64,000 nt of DNA. It comes from Vitrella brassicaformis CCMP3155. Taxonomy: Eukaryota > Protista > Chromerida. Below are positions 35,120 to 45,934 of this stretch, piece after piece. Both the position numbers and the translations under genes were made by a program. Location of the stretch: the NCBI GenBank assembly GCA_001179505.1, contig CDMY01000291.1, positions 1 to 64,000 of the forward strand, in the 5' to 3' direction. A model generated the notes under the pieces. It saw only the letters and a list, made by a program, of their open reading frames with translations. It had not been told where the DNA came from and did no database searches. Each line of letters begins with the position of its first letter. Positions within the stretch are counted from its first letter, which is position 1.

Positions 35120-36450
35120 ATGGCGATGAAGCAGTGCGTGCTGTCCTCCCTGCCGGCGTTAGTTGGCGTGATCATCTGCCTATGGCCTTCGCATGCATCT
35201 CCTCCCATCGCACGACCAGCCCTCTTCCTGCCGACACGCACACGCCACGACGACACCTACTCGCCAGCAATCGTCACCGAGCGACTTCCCTCACGCCGGC
35301 CACTGCCATCTGTCAAGGCGTCCCGTTCTTACCTCATCAACAACGCCAAGGGGACGGCACAGAGCGTCAAGAAGCAGTTGCTGAGCCTGTTTGCGGGCGG
35401 CATGGCCGGTACTATCGCATCGTCCATCACCACGCCGATAGAGGTGGTCAAGACGCAGCTCCAGGCGAGTGCTGCGGGGGGGCATCAGAACTTCTTCCAG
35501 GCGGCAAAGGCGGTCTATGACTCGGGTGGACTGCCGGCATTCTACCGTGGCCTTGCACCGACGCTGGTCGGCATCATTCCGGCGCGGTCGATATACTTCT
35601 GGGGCTACTCGACCATGAAGTCGTTTCTGTTTCCCTACATGGACAACAGCCCCCTCACACATATACTCAGTGCTGCTGTGGCCGGGGGCATATCAAACAC
35701 TGGTGAGTCAGGCACATGGCACACTGGGACAGGTCATGCGTACATTCACTCGTCGTTGTCCCCTGTGCTGCGTGCCTTTCTTGCTTACTCTCAGTGACAA
35801 ATCCCATCTGGATGGTCCGCACCCGGCTGCAGCTGCTGGCACAGCCGGGGCAGTCAGCCTACAAGGGATACACGGACGCCGTTCGGCAGATCTGGGCCAA
35901 CGAGGGCTTCGGCGGCTTCATGAAGGGCGTCACGGCCTCCTACTGGGGCATTTCCGAGGGCTGCATCAACTGGGTGGTCTACGAGCGACTCAAGAAGGTC
36001 GTCAACAGCCACATGCACACGAACGGCACATCCACCCTCCTCCCTCTCCCCAAGAACGCTCAGCTCTTCCTCAGCGCAGCGTGCTCCAAGCTGCTGGCCA
36101 CATCGTGCACCTACCCACATGAAGTGGTCCGTACGCGGCTTCGCGAGCAGGCCGTTGGTGGCGTCTACAAATACACGGGCATGCTGCAGGCGCTGCGGCT
36201 CATTGCCAGAGAGGAGGGCAGGCGGGGCCTGTACGCCGGCTTCAGGACGCACCTGCTGCGTGTGGTGCCCAACAATGCGATACTGTTCCTGTCTTACGAG
36301 CTCATCAACGCGTGGCTGCATACGCAGATGGAACGGGAGGAGGAGGAGACCGGGCAGATCGACAGGGGACCGAGGAACAAGAAGGGGGAAGGGGCGAAGG
36401 GGAAGGTGGCAGCCCTCATCGCGCCAAGAAGGCCACTGGCTGCCAGTTGA
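35120..36450 (+). CDS. Mitochondrial carrier family protein, Rim2/SLC25A33/36 pyrimidine-nucleotide carrier-like, with a signal-like N-terminal extension; intron ~35703-35795
   Basis: Three PxD/ExxK/R repeats: TTPIEVVKTQLQ, TNPIWMVRTRLQ and TYPHEVVRTRLRE (the last two are typical of the Rim2 group). Confidence 0.9.
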
Positions 36451-36459
36451 GATGAGATG

Positions 36460-38600
36460 AGGGACGGGAGGCAGAGGGGCCTTGCCTGGACAGTGTCTCT
36501 GTCTGCGAATGAAGTTGGGTGGCGGTGAGAGGATGGTTTTGGAGTGTACAGAATGATGGCTGGTGCATCAGTTGCACCGCAGTGGGGGAGGATGTTGTAT
36601 GTTGGGGTGTGTGTTTTGTGTCGTCCCTTGTGCGTGTGCATATGATTGACGTGTCTGTGCTTGTATGTAGAGAGCCGACGGGCTGACTGACTGACCAGCT
36701 GGATCGATGAATCGATGGATGGATTTGACAGCCGTATGTTTTGATTTTTCACAGGTGCATTTTCCTCAGCTTCGCCGCAGCTGATCGACGATTTTGATAC
36801 GGACGACAGCTACCTCATGTGCTGCGTGTCAGTGTACAGACTCGACTGCCTGTTGTACCATTCAACAACCGTGTGTCCGCTTTAACCGCTCACAGGGCAT
36901 CAGACCGTCTCACGTCCTTGTCCACATCCACAGCCACCCATCCATCAAACCAACAAAATGAGCGTCATATGTGGCAGGCAGGCAGGCAGCTTAAACCAGA
37001 CGGCAAATGACCCACTCAACCCGTCACGCACGCACTCAGTTCAGGGGACACCGGGGGGCAGGGAAGAAGGAACAGAAGACAGACAGACGGACCAAAACAA
37101 AGGCAAACAGAACCTCCACCCCACAGTAACAAAACACCGAGCACCATGGAAACACACACATACACATGAGGAAGAGAATGTGAATGCGATGGATGTGGAG
37201 ATTCTGTTCGATGCACACACAGCACAGCGCAACTCTCTGCCACATTGACAGACAAACAAATGCGGTTGGTGAATGAATGGAGTGCGAGAGACGGCCCAAA
37301 ACTGGTCTGCCGACATTGTTGGTGACGGCAGGGCCAAGAGGAGCAAGAGAGAGCACCGACGATTGGAATAAATCGATTCAGAAACAAACAAATGGGTGCG
37401 GCCGGTCTCTCTGAAATCCTTGCTGACCGGACAAGGCACCCGACTACAGAGAGCGATACGATACGATACGCAGAGCGATAGAGACATGCATCATGGCATG
37501 ACAGGACCACAACACCGATCGCATCGCAGTAAGCGCCACCAGGCAGATAGAAGACAAAACATAGCCGGCTGGTCGCACCGCACGTGTTGTGGTGCATCCA
37601 TCCATCGTACGGCCCGCCACATCCATATACGTCATCCATGTGTGTATGGTATGTATGGGTGTATATGGATGGATAGACAGAGAGAGACACAAAGAGGAAG
37701 GAACCTTTCACTGACAGGCCGGCAGCAAGGGAGCGGAGCCGGGCACATATGTACTTCCGTACGCTACGCATGCACTTACTGTTTGTGCCTGTCTGTCTGT
37801 CTATCCATCTGTCTGTCTGTCTGTCTGTGCGTGTCAGTGTCATGCTCATGGATGGGATGGATGTGGCCTCAGGGAAAAGTGGGATGGATGGATGGATGGA
37901 CGGGTGCCATCGATGTCCGTCAGGAAGCTGATACGACACGACAAACAGTGTAGGTGTGTGTATATAGCACGGATGGATACGGTACAGGTAGTTAAACTGT
38001 GCAGGCGGGTGTCAGTGTGACACGGTTGTGAGCAAAAACGAGTCGTATGGGTATGGGAGACAGTGGCGGGCAGGGCAGGGCAGGGCAAGAAGGAAAAAAG
38101 AATCGTGCGGTGTGGCACCATGGCTTGATGACACATACACACTGAATGTATTCAAACAGACAGACAGACAGACAGAGACAGAGACAGAGATACCCATATG
38201 CAGTCAAGAGACAAAAATCCCCATAACAGCTGCAATAGCGGCACATATAATGCCCTGCCGCTCAGCCAATGTAGCTCTCGACAGCAGGCAGCATCGTTCC
38301 GCCTAGGCCTATAACGCGCTAGACGGACTGTACACGTACGAAACACCTCCCTCGATGCCCACGTGAGGCATTCATTCCAAACACAACCAACGCCCATACG
38401 AGAAGAGACACACAGGCAGGCAAACTAAACCAAACGGTCTCAGCATAGCATCCCTCCAAGGCACACACAGATGAACACGCGGACAGACGTCCGTCCATCC
38501 CCCATCTGTCCTTTCTCTCCCTTCCCTCCCTCAGCATGAAGCGCACGTACGTACTCAACAAGCCATGGCGCCACACCACACTCAGAGCAGACCAGGACAG
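36460..38600. repeat. Non-coding stretch rich in simple repeats ((CAGA)n, (GGAT)n, (TGTC)n, (AGGGC)n)
   Basis: The ORFs here translate to microsatellite-derived peptides ([15 protein letters not shown]). Confidence 0.6.
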
Positions 38601-38702
38601 AGGAGGAAAAATGACTCGGTCGTATGTCTCATCTTGGCTTAGAAAACACCCCAAAAACGCGCAAACCAAAGCCCCCTCCCCTCCCAATCACACCAGGTGA
38701 GG

Positions 38703-41608
38703 TCAGCGTCCGTGGCGGCTGTGGTGGCCGCCGTGGCCATGGCCGTGGCCGTATGTCTTGTAATGGGTGGGCGGTGCCTTGCCGGCGGGGTATTCGGCCA
38801 CCTTGGCCACCGTGTGCTTGGAGCTGCACTGCCCGTCATCGCCCATTGTGTATCCATGCTCACAGTAGGGGGTGGCATCGATCATGGATTCGGTGTAGCA
38901 TTGGCTCTGTCTCAGCTCGCCCTCGGCACACTCCGCTTGGGCGGCCCTGACGGCAGTCCGCACGCACTGCCCAGCTGCACGAGGCGCCCGCCACACACAT
39001 TAACAGGCAGGACACACAGGGAGGGATCTTGATATGACCGTTTGTGTGGGTGTCGTTTGCCTTTCCTGCCAGGCAGGCTACCTTTGATGACGTATCCGGA
39101 TTCGCATGACTGCTGCATGGCCACCGTGTGCTCCACCATGCACTTGCCGTCTGTCATCTCGCCCCCCTTGGGACATGACACGTCAACTGCAGAAAGCAAT
39201 CGCACGACGGCCGTGACAGAGGCAAGATCATGTCATGCGTCATGATGGAGGACATGTCATCGTCTTGGCCACTGGTTGTCACATAAGTACCTACCTGCAA
39301 CGGCTGTCTCCTGGAAGCAGTGGCCCTGTGCGTTGGGGCCAGAGTAGTCAGCAGCGCACACAAAAACGGGAGCCACCTGATCGTGCTGATCAATATACAG
39401 ACAGACACATACGACCACAGACACAACCGAGGGAGGGTGCGTGTGTGCGCCTGCGCATGTTTCCATCTGTCTCCCTGTGTCCCTCCCTCCCTCCCTGCCT
39501 GCCTGCCTCGCTCACCTTAACGCAGACCTCCTCGGCTCCTTTGCTGGGGCCCTTGAGGTAGGAGCCGTCAGGGCATATGACGTAAGCAGCATACGACGTG
39601 TCGACCTCCTTGGTGCACGCCTCGCTGGTGTCCGTCTCGTCCGCCTCGCACTCGGTGGTCTCTGCTGGCGTCTGCTCCTTCTTCATACACTTACCCTGAC
39701 ACAAAACAGACAGACAGACAGACAGATAACAGACAGACAGACAGACAGATCGAACAAATCAGTGAGTGGATGGAGAGAGGTCCGTCACACATGAAGGGTC
39801 CGCAGCACACCTTGCTGGGGCTGTCGTAGCCATCGGGGCATGTGTAGGTGGGTCGCTGCTTATAGGTGACAAGGCATGTCCCTGCGTCGGTCGGGGTGCC
39901 ACCTTTGGAGCAGACGACGTTTCCCGCCACTGGTTGCTCCTCATAACACTTGCCCTCTTTGCATCCCTCAATCTTGACTCTAGTGTAGCACTGTCCCTCT
40001 TTGACATAGCTGTTCTTGGGGCTGCGGGGCAGTCACATAGATGGAAAATGGATGGATGGATGGATGGATGGATGAAAGCATCAAGAAGCACTCACCACAT
40101 CATCTTGCCCTGCACCTCCCTGGTGTAATCACAATACCTGAGAGGGACACATAGATTCGATCGCCGTCTGGGCATTGTGTTTCTGGGGCGCGCGCACCCG
40201 TCTGAGCCAATTTCGCCTTCGGCACACGAGGAAATGGCGTCAGCAGGGACGTAGGTCTCACACATACCGTTCTGATACACACCACTGCACATCAATCACG
40301 TCACATAAGGAAGTCACGATGGATCCAGAAATCCCTTCCTCCCTGCTGCTGACGTACGTGGTGCAGTAAGCTTTCTTTTGTCGTGTGACGGTCTGCGTTG
40401 CGCTGCAGGTCTGGTAGGCCGACTTCTGGCCGTGACCCATCTTGCCGTCGCAGACATATTCCGGGGTGCTCTCGGTCACGGCCACGCACACCTGCCTCTT
40501 GCCGACCTTCTTGTTCTTGTACCTGACAGTCACGCAATCACACAAACACACAATCGCCCGCAAACCATCGCAAACAGTCGCGTGTACACACAAGAGGTCG
40601 ATGTTGTTGTAGCTATGTTGTAGCTACCTCCTGCACTGGCAGCCCCCGTGCCTCTTGCACTTCCTGCGAGCGCACACCCGCTGCTCGAGCCCCTTGTAGC
40701 CCTTCATCTTGCCTGCCTGCAGCGTGTAGTTGGCAGGACAGCCTGCCAATGGAACGATGGATGGATGGATGAGCACACCAGAGTGAGATCCCTCGCCGGA
40801 GTCGTCGGTGTGAGTGTCCATCCCTGGTGGGCGTCACGTACCGACTTGAGCCGCGGCGTATTTGGTGGAGACGCATGCGCCGTCCCGGTAGGTGTAGCCG
40901 TGCTGGCAGCGGTAGACCGGCTCCAGCTCCTTGACCATGCGACACTGGCCGTCCACCTCCTCGTATTCATCGGCGCATTCCGCAATGATGTCCCTGAACT
41001 CCTCCCTGTAACACTGGTTGCCCGTCAGGTTATACCCACCCTCACAGATGTAATCTGCCGGCTTGCTGCACACACAAACCACACCATCCCGATAACACAG
41101 AGATAGAGAGAAACGCATGGCATCGCACTCCACTCCCAGTGTGGTGCTTGGCTTGCTTTGAGTGGAGAGAGACTTACTAAGCAGCCTGCATGCAGCTGCC
41201 GCCGTCGACAAGTGTGCCTGCCTGAACGAGATAGATAAGGCGGATCGGATGCCTCGCATCACGTTCGGTTCGCATGTGTCCGTCGATTCTTTTCCCTTAC
41301 CTCGCATCTAAGCTTGGGTTCGACGACCATCACCTTTGAGCACATCTCACCGTCCTCAACGTACCCATCCGGACAAGAATATGTCACTTCTGCACATACA
41401 GTCAGAGACACACAGCACAAGACCTTATACATCCTGCCTCCCTCTCTCTGATGCCGCCTTGTCTGCCGTAGGCACATGCATACACACCTTTCGATGGTGC
41501 TGGTGCTGGTGCCTTCTTGCCAGTGGGCGCAGGGGCAGGTGCCTTCTTGGGCTCGGCATTCAGTGGAGCGATGCCCAGCAAACAAAGAAGGACATAGATC
41601 TGCCTCAT
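38703..41608 (-). CDS. Secreted cysteine-rich oocyst/cyst wall protein-like (COWP/TgOWP type), many small exons, His-rich C-terminus
   Basis: Signal MRQIYVLLCLLGIAPLNA, then repeated C-P/E-x-G-Y units (CPDGYVEDGEMC, CEGGYNLTGNQC, CQHGYTYRDGAC, CPDGYDS, CEHGYTMGDDGQC), ending GHGHGHGGHHSRHGR. Confidence 0.75.
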
Positions 41609-41776
41609 GACGGGAGAGAGGAGCCTCTGGGGAGCACAGTCAAGCACAGAACGAGGGAAATGCCGGCAGGAAAGATCCGGCGCGCCGATCGACCGGCGCT
41701 TCTCTCTCTGGAAAGCAAGCCGATGAGATGTGGTTCTCTGCAGATCTCCTTGGTGACTTGACAATCGTGAACATCT

Positions 41777-43143
41777 ATGGCGTCCCGCGCCAGTGAAGAC
41801 GAGGGCGAAAGCCCTTCTGCAGCGGAGCAGGCGTGGCAGCAGGCACACAACCTTCTGACAGAGCTCAGGCCTGAAACGCTGCAAGGTGATTGATGCATGT
41901 ATGTATGAGTCGGTGAATGACGTGCCGTCACCTTGTTGATTCATTGACTCATTCGTTACTTCGAGCGTGTGTGTGTGTGTGTGTGTGCAGCGTTGGCTCG
42001 GTTCTACGATGAGCAGCAGCTGACGCAGGAGACCTCAGCCGACACCGCCGATGCGGCTGAGGATGGCAAGCGACACGTCAAAGAAGACTTCCGGCTCAGG
42101 TAGGTGACCGACTGAGTAGGTCAGTGAATGAGTCAGTGAGTCAGTGAGTGAGGGTCGTTCTTTGCATTTCTGCAGCCAGTTCTGGTACAGTGACGACACG
42201 GCAGAGACCTTTGCTGACGAGGTCTTCCACAGCTGCACACACGCCGCCGCATTCGTCTGCACGCCGTCAGCCTTCAGAGCCTTCCATGTGAGCTTCTGAC
42301 CCAGTGCAAGGCACTTGGAAGGCATGGTGTCTGTCTGTCTGTCTGTGTGAAATCAGCGTAAGTATCGGTCAGCAGGGTCAGAGGTGGGGGATGCGCCGGA
42401 CAGCCGGGTGGCTGCGCCGTTCGAGGCGTACCTGCTTGAAGTCGACAATCGGTTCGGGGATGTCTACGGCAAGCAGTTCGTCCATTTCGACCTCTTCCAG
42501 CCTCCTGAGGCGCTGCCCCGCTGGTGCAAGGCAAGTACGTACGTACATACGTACGTACAGGACACGGGGGAGTAGTGCGTGGCGTGAGTGCGCCAATAGA
42601 TCTGTGTGTGTCTGCATGAGTCGCATCGGTGTGCGGTTAGGGTTCGATATGGTCGTGATTGACCCGCCCTACCTCACTGCAGAGTGTTTCGGCAAGGCAG
42701 TGGCTGCCATCGACTATCTGGCGAGGCCGTGCGGGTCGCAAGAAGATAGGTCGTACCGGAAAGTCATCGCTGCGACGGGTCAGCCAGTTGGCTGTCTGCT
42801 CTGTCAGGGAACATGTGCTGTGTTGTGTTGTGGGTCACGTTCCTTAGGTGCGGTGATGCAGGAGACCGTCGAGAAGCACCTGGGACTGAGGCGGCTCGAA
42901 GGATGGTCAGTGGCAGTCGGTCGGTCAATTACCTCGCGTATGGGCGTGTCGTGTTCCCCTGCCTGCAGGGAGCCCACCCACTCGACGAAGCTGTCCAACC
43001 CCTTTGCGTGCTACATCAATTACACTGGGCAGGTCAGTGGTGGTCAAGCAATGAATACTGTGGCCATAGCATAGCAGCACACTGACCAGTCGGTGTGAAT
43101 CGATTGATTGCGTTCTCAGGGCCCTCTCTCTTCACTGAATTAA
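41777..43143 (+). CDS. EEF1AKMT1: EEF1A lysine methyltransferase 1 (N6AMT2/Efm5 family); last exon uncertain
   Basis: EDFRL-SQFWYSDDTA, FVCTPSAF, LLEVDNRF, FVHFDLFQP, FDMVVIDPPYLTAEC, TGAVM and HSTKLSNPFACYINY. Confidence 0.92.
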
Positions 43144-43612
43144 GTAAGGCATTCCTTTTCACAAAGCGGGTCAGTCAGTCAGTCTGTCTGTCTGTCTTTT
43201 CGTGTACGTGGGAACATGTGACACTTCCATTCCAGGCAGGCAAGGTAGCAATTTAATTTGTGTGTTGTGTCTTCTTGTCCGTCGACACGTCTGTGTGTGT
43301 GGTGTGTGAGTGAATGTTGTATGTAGCGTTTTGTTTGATTCCTCACTCCTTTGCACCACACCTGCTGCCTTTGTGGAATTGACAGTTCGCCACCCATCTA
43401 TCTATCATGTCGTCCATTATCGTGTGGCTGGTGCTGCTGGGGCGCACAGGTCAGTCCAGTAGGGTCAGTCACGCGGAGGGAGGGCTACAGACACTCGCCT
43501 GGTCCACATCCACTTTTTGCGATTGCCTATCATCCCTGCATGATGGAATGATCCTTCAGTCTGCATCCATCCCACAGGGAGGCAGGACACACCTTTACAG
43601 CTTGGCCGTCGC

Positions 43613-43636
43613 GCCTAGGGTGCCCCCTGAAACCGC
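43613..43636 (-). promoter_or_regulatory. Recurrent promoter motif, copy 4
   Basis: The reverse complement is gcggtttcagggggcaccctaggc, versus gcggtttcatggagcaccctaggc at 30565 (2 mismatches). Confidence 0.55.
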
Positions 43637-43719
43637 ATCCGCTGAGAGATTCAAACGGACTGACATTGAACTGAAAGGGGGACGACCAGACGCCTGATCG
43701 AAGCGGATGACACTTGCGG

Positions 43720-44296
43720 ATGGCGAAGCGCTGGTATCGGGAGCGGACGTGGGATAGGGGGGTACTTACTTTGATGGAAGACTGCGCGACGATGGGGGAG
43801 GTTCAAGAGAGGATGATGTCGTGGTACCACGTGTATTCTGACACACTGCCACAGGAGATCCAGTTCGAAGGCCACTTTCGCGTCAACCCCGACGACAGAC
43901 CCGACGAGTTCTTTGCCGACGGCGAGGGCTTCCTGCGGACCAAACCGATCGTCTTCTACAGAGAAGTGTCAGACGTGTCGGAAGGTACGCTCGTGAGTGA
44001 GGTGATGGACACACACCGGCAATCCAAGTGCGTGTAGATGACACTCTCTCCATCCTCTGTGTATGTGTTTCCATTCAGCGGCCAACGGTGCGCCTGTCAG
44101 CGCAAGGGAGAACAGTGGCACAGGTACGTACGTAAGCGCGTGCCGTCCGGGCGGACGGACGAGTGAATACGTTCGTACGTACGCACATTCACGTCTGTTT
44201 TCTTGTTCTGGCTGGCTGGATGCCCTCACTCAGCTGTGGTCGTGCGGGCTGGCCCAGTGGGTCGATGCGACGAGTCTCGAGAACAGGTGGCCATGA
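43720..44296 (+). CDS. Small hypothetical spliced protein
   Basis: Coding-like exon EIQFEGHFRVNPDDRPDEFFADGEGFLRTKPIVFYRE flanked by AG/GT; the promoter motif lies ~85 bp upstream. No family recognised. Confidence 0.35.
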
Positions 44297-44960
44297 AGGG
44301 GGGTAAGGGGCGGAATGACGAAAAGGTGGAGAGGAAGAAGCAGAGCGACTGTGTTATCATGTGAGCTGGCCAGCAGCTCGTCGGCTGCGTGTATATATAC
44401 ATCTAGCGTTGCCCCTCGGGTGATTGACCTGACCTTTTCGTTAACTGTACTGGTGTGGGTTGGCTGATTTCGACGTCAATTTGCTACAATGCGCGGATTG
44501 CTTTCCAGCACAGACAGACACCCGCGCACACACACACCATGTCATCCCCACGCGCATTTATATATCTACATGCAGAGAGGAAGCCCATCACAAGCTGCAT
44601 TGACGAAGGCCTCGCACAGTGGCACGTGTCGAACACACAAATTCATCACTGTGAGAACACTCGACCTCCCATGTGTTCCGGTCCTTTGGAGCGAGGGGGC
44701 CAGGAGCCTGCGGGTAGGGAAGCTCCTTAAGCTGCTTCCTCACTTCAAGGACCTCATGGTGACGAGCGTGGTGGGTGGGGGGACAATTGACAGACAGACA
44801 GACAGGTGGTGTCCCCGAACAGTCAGTCAGTCAGTCATTATGCCGCATTCATTCAAACATGCACCCCACGCAATCTTCTGTCGTATCATCACACACAACG
44901 CACATGCACACGCACACACAGACAGGAGGTACATACGTCCCTCCACCCATCAATCAACCA

Positions 44961-45520
44961 TCACTCGTTTCCGGCCTCCTTGAGGTGTTTGTTGAGGTAC
45001 TCGAGTGCCTCCGACTCCTCGCCAAAGTCTGTGACAGCAACACAGCTGGCGCCCACCACCTTGCGCGGCATGCCGTCCTTGTCGATCTTGCACAGACCCG
45101 CCCACTCGCCAAGCTGCTTGCTGTCCTCCACCTTGACCAGCGATACCGACTTGTCCGAACACAGAGCCTACACTCACACACACAGGAAGGGTGAGCAGCC
45201 TCAGATCTCCCGCGGCTCCCTGCCTCCTTGTCTGTCTGTCTGTCTGTCTGTCTGCCTGTCTGCCTGAGTGCTGCCTGCCTGCCTGCCTGGCTGACCTCGA
45301 CGAGTTTCTTGACGCTCTCCTCATCAACGGACTCGGCGAGGAAGACGACTTTGGCGGTTTTTTGCTCGATGGCGAGTGCGACCTCGTTGAGACCCCTGGC
45401 GAGTCCGTCGTTGATCATGGCGTTCTTGATGACCTTCTTGATGGCGACGTTGAGGTCGGTGATCTCCTCCTCGGCCTCCTCGACCTCCATAACGTCCTCA
45501 TGCTCGTCGTGGTCAGACAT
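44961..45520 (-). CDS. RPS12: 40S ribosomal protein S12 (eS12), 2 exons
   Basis: [22 protein letters not shown]...[52 protein letters not shown]. Confidence 0.97.
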
Positions 45521-45934
45521 GATGTGTCAGAGGCTATGCAGACTCAGCCGATAGGCAGATCTCCCGGACCTTCTCCTCTTTTCAGCTGCGAGCTTGAAGA
45601 TCCCATCTGCGAGCTCATCCCATCTGCGAGCTTGGCTTTTCCGAGTGCGGAAAAAGAAGTAGCGAAGTGTGAGAGCATTCGCAGCTGACGGGAGGTGAGA
45701 GAATTCTCGAATTGGCGTCTTACGGTTTCGAGAGGCGGCTGGCGGTCTTGCAACTTCAAGCACAACTTGGACAGCATGGCCATGGCTGCGCCAGCGGTAC
45801 ATCGGTGAAGTGCTATCCCCGCCTGCTCGCTGCCAGCCCGTCAACTGACTCGTTGAGAGGTTCCTGAGTGAGCCCTCAGGCACGCCCTGGCTAGCGAGGC
45901 CTGCGTTTGATTTGGCGCGAGGAGAGGGGTGCGC

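Noticed and set aside
37016-37939. 307 aa ORF and neighbouring ORFs
   Set aside because: Built from microsatellites ([16 protein letters not shown]) with no domain signal.
42640-42700. DPPY motif suggesting a DNA N6-adenine methyltransferase or restriction-modification system
   Set aside because: The surrounding motifs (SQFWYS, CTPS, DNRF, NPFACY) identify EEF1AKMT1/N6AMT2, a protein lysine methyltransferase.
45770-45810. Possible further copy of the promoter motif (cagcggtacatcgg) between RPS12 and ANKRD13
   Set aside because: It lacks the CACCCTAG half and is too weak to distinguish from chance.
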